A DNA stretch of 20,517 nt from Octopus sinensis. Taxonomy: Eukaryota. A program made the translations under genes and the position numbers. Below the pieces are notes generated by a model. It was given only the letters and a program-made list of their open reading frames with translations. It ran no database searches and was not told the origin of the DNA. This document shows, one piece after another, positions 20,291 to 20,517 of the stretch (the first letter of the stretch is position 1; the number at the start of each line of letters is the position of its first letter). Where the stretch lies: positions 1 through 20,517 of the forward strand of contig NW_021823976.1 of assembly GCF_006345805.1 (NCBI RefSeq), read 5' to 3'.

Positions 20291-20517
20291 TATATATATA
20301 TGTGTGTATGGAAAAAAGTCAAGGTAGAAAATGCTGAAATAATTTTATATAAAACATTTCAGTACCGGTTTTGGTCATTAAAACATTTTTGGAAAAATTA
20401 AATGAAAAGTTTTGGTGCCAGTATTTCCGTTTAAAGATTCTCGATTTCCTGAGTCTAATTTGATGGATTAAGAATACTAAAAACTTTTCTTTTCGTCGTT
20501 TCTTGATGAAGAACTTT

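Overview
Non-coding, very repeat-rich eukaryotic DNA, probably intronic or intergenic. The SINE families and microsatellite load look like an octopus (coleoid cephalopod) genome; this is inferred from recognition, not from a database search. No intact host gene can be supported, and most ORFs in the supplied track are translated microsatellites. Real content: (i) a 5'-truncated, frameshifted CR1/L2-group LINE reverse transcriptase (~4605-6166); (ii) a mariner remnant whose 5' end is duplicated as a ~210-250 bp inverted arm (~3690-4535); (iii) two 3' fragments of R4/Dong-type REL-endonuclease retrotransposons ending in (AAT)n; (iv) two copies of a ~550 bp non-coding element bounded by AAT/ATT tracts; (v) ten full or partial copies of two tRNA-derived SINE families; (vi) two MITE-like foldback elements; (vii) a Penelope-like remnant with a degenerate minimal hammerhead-ribozyme fold. 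The best leads are a 3'-terminal sequence and hairpin shared between the LINE and one SINE family, the hammerhead-like motif, the long-arm mariner, and the cluster of elements tied to AAT microsatellites. I see no clear evidence of a wholly new biological system.
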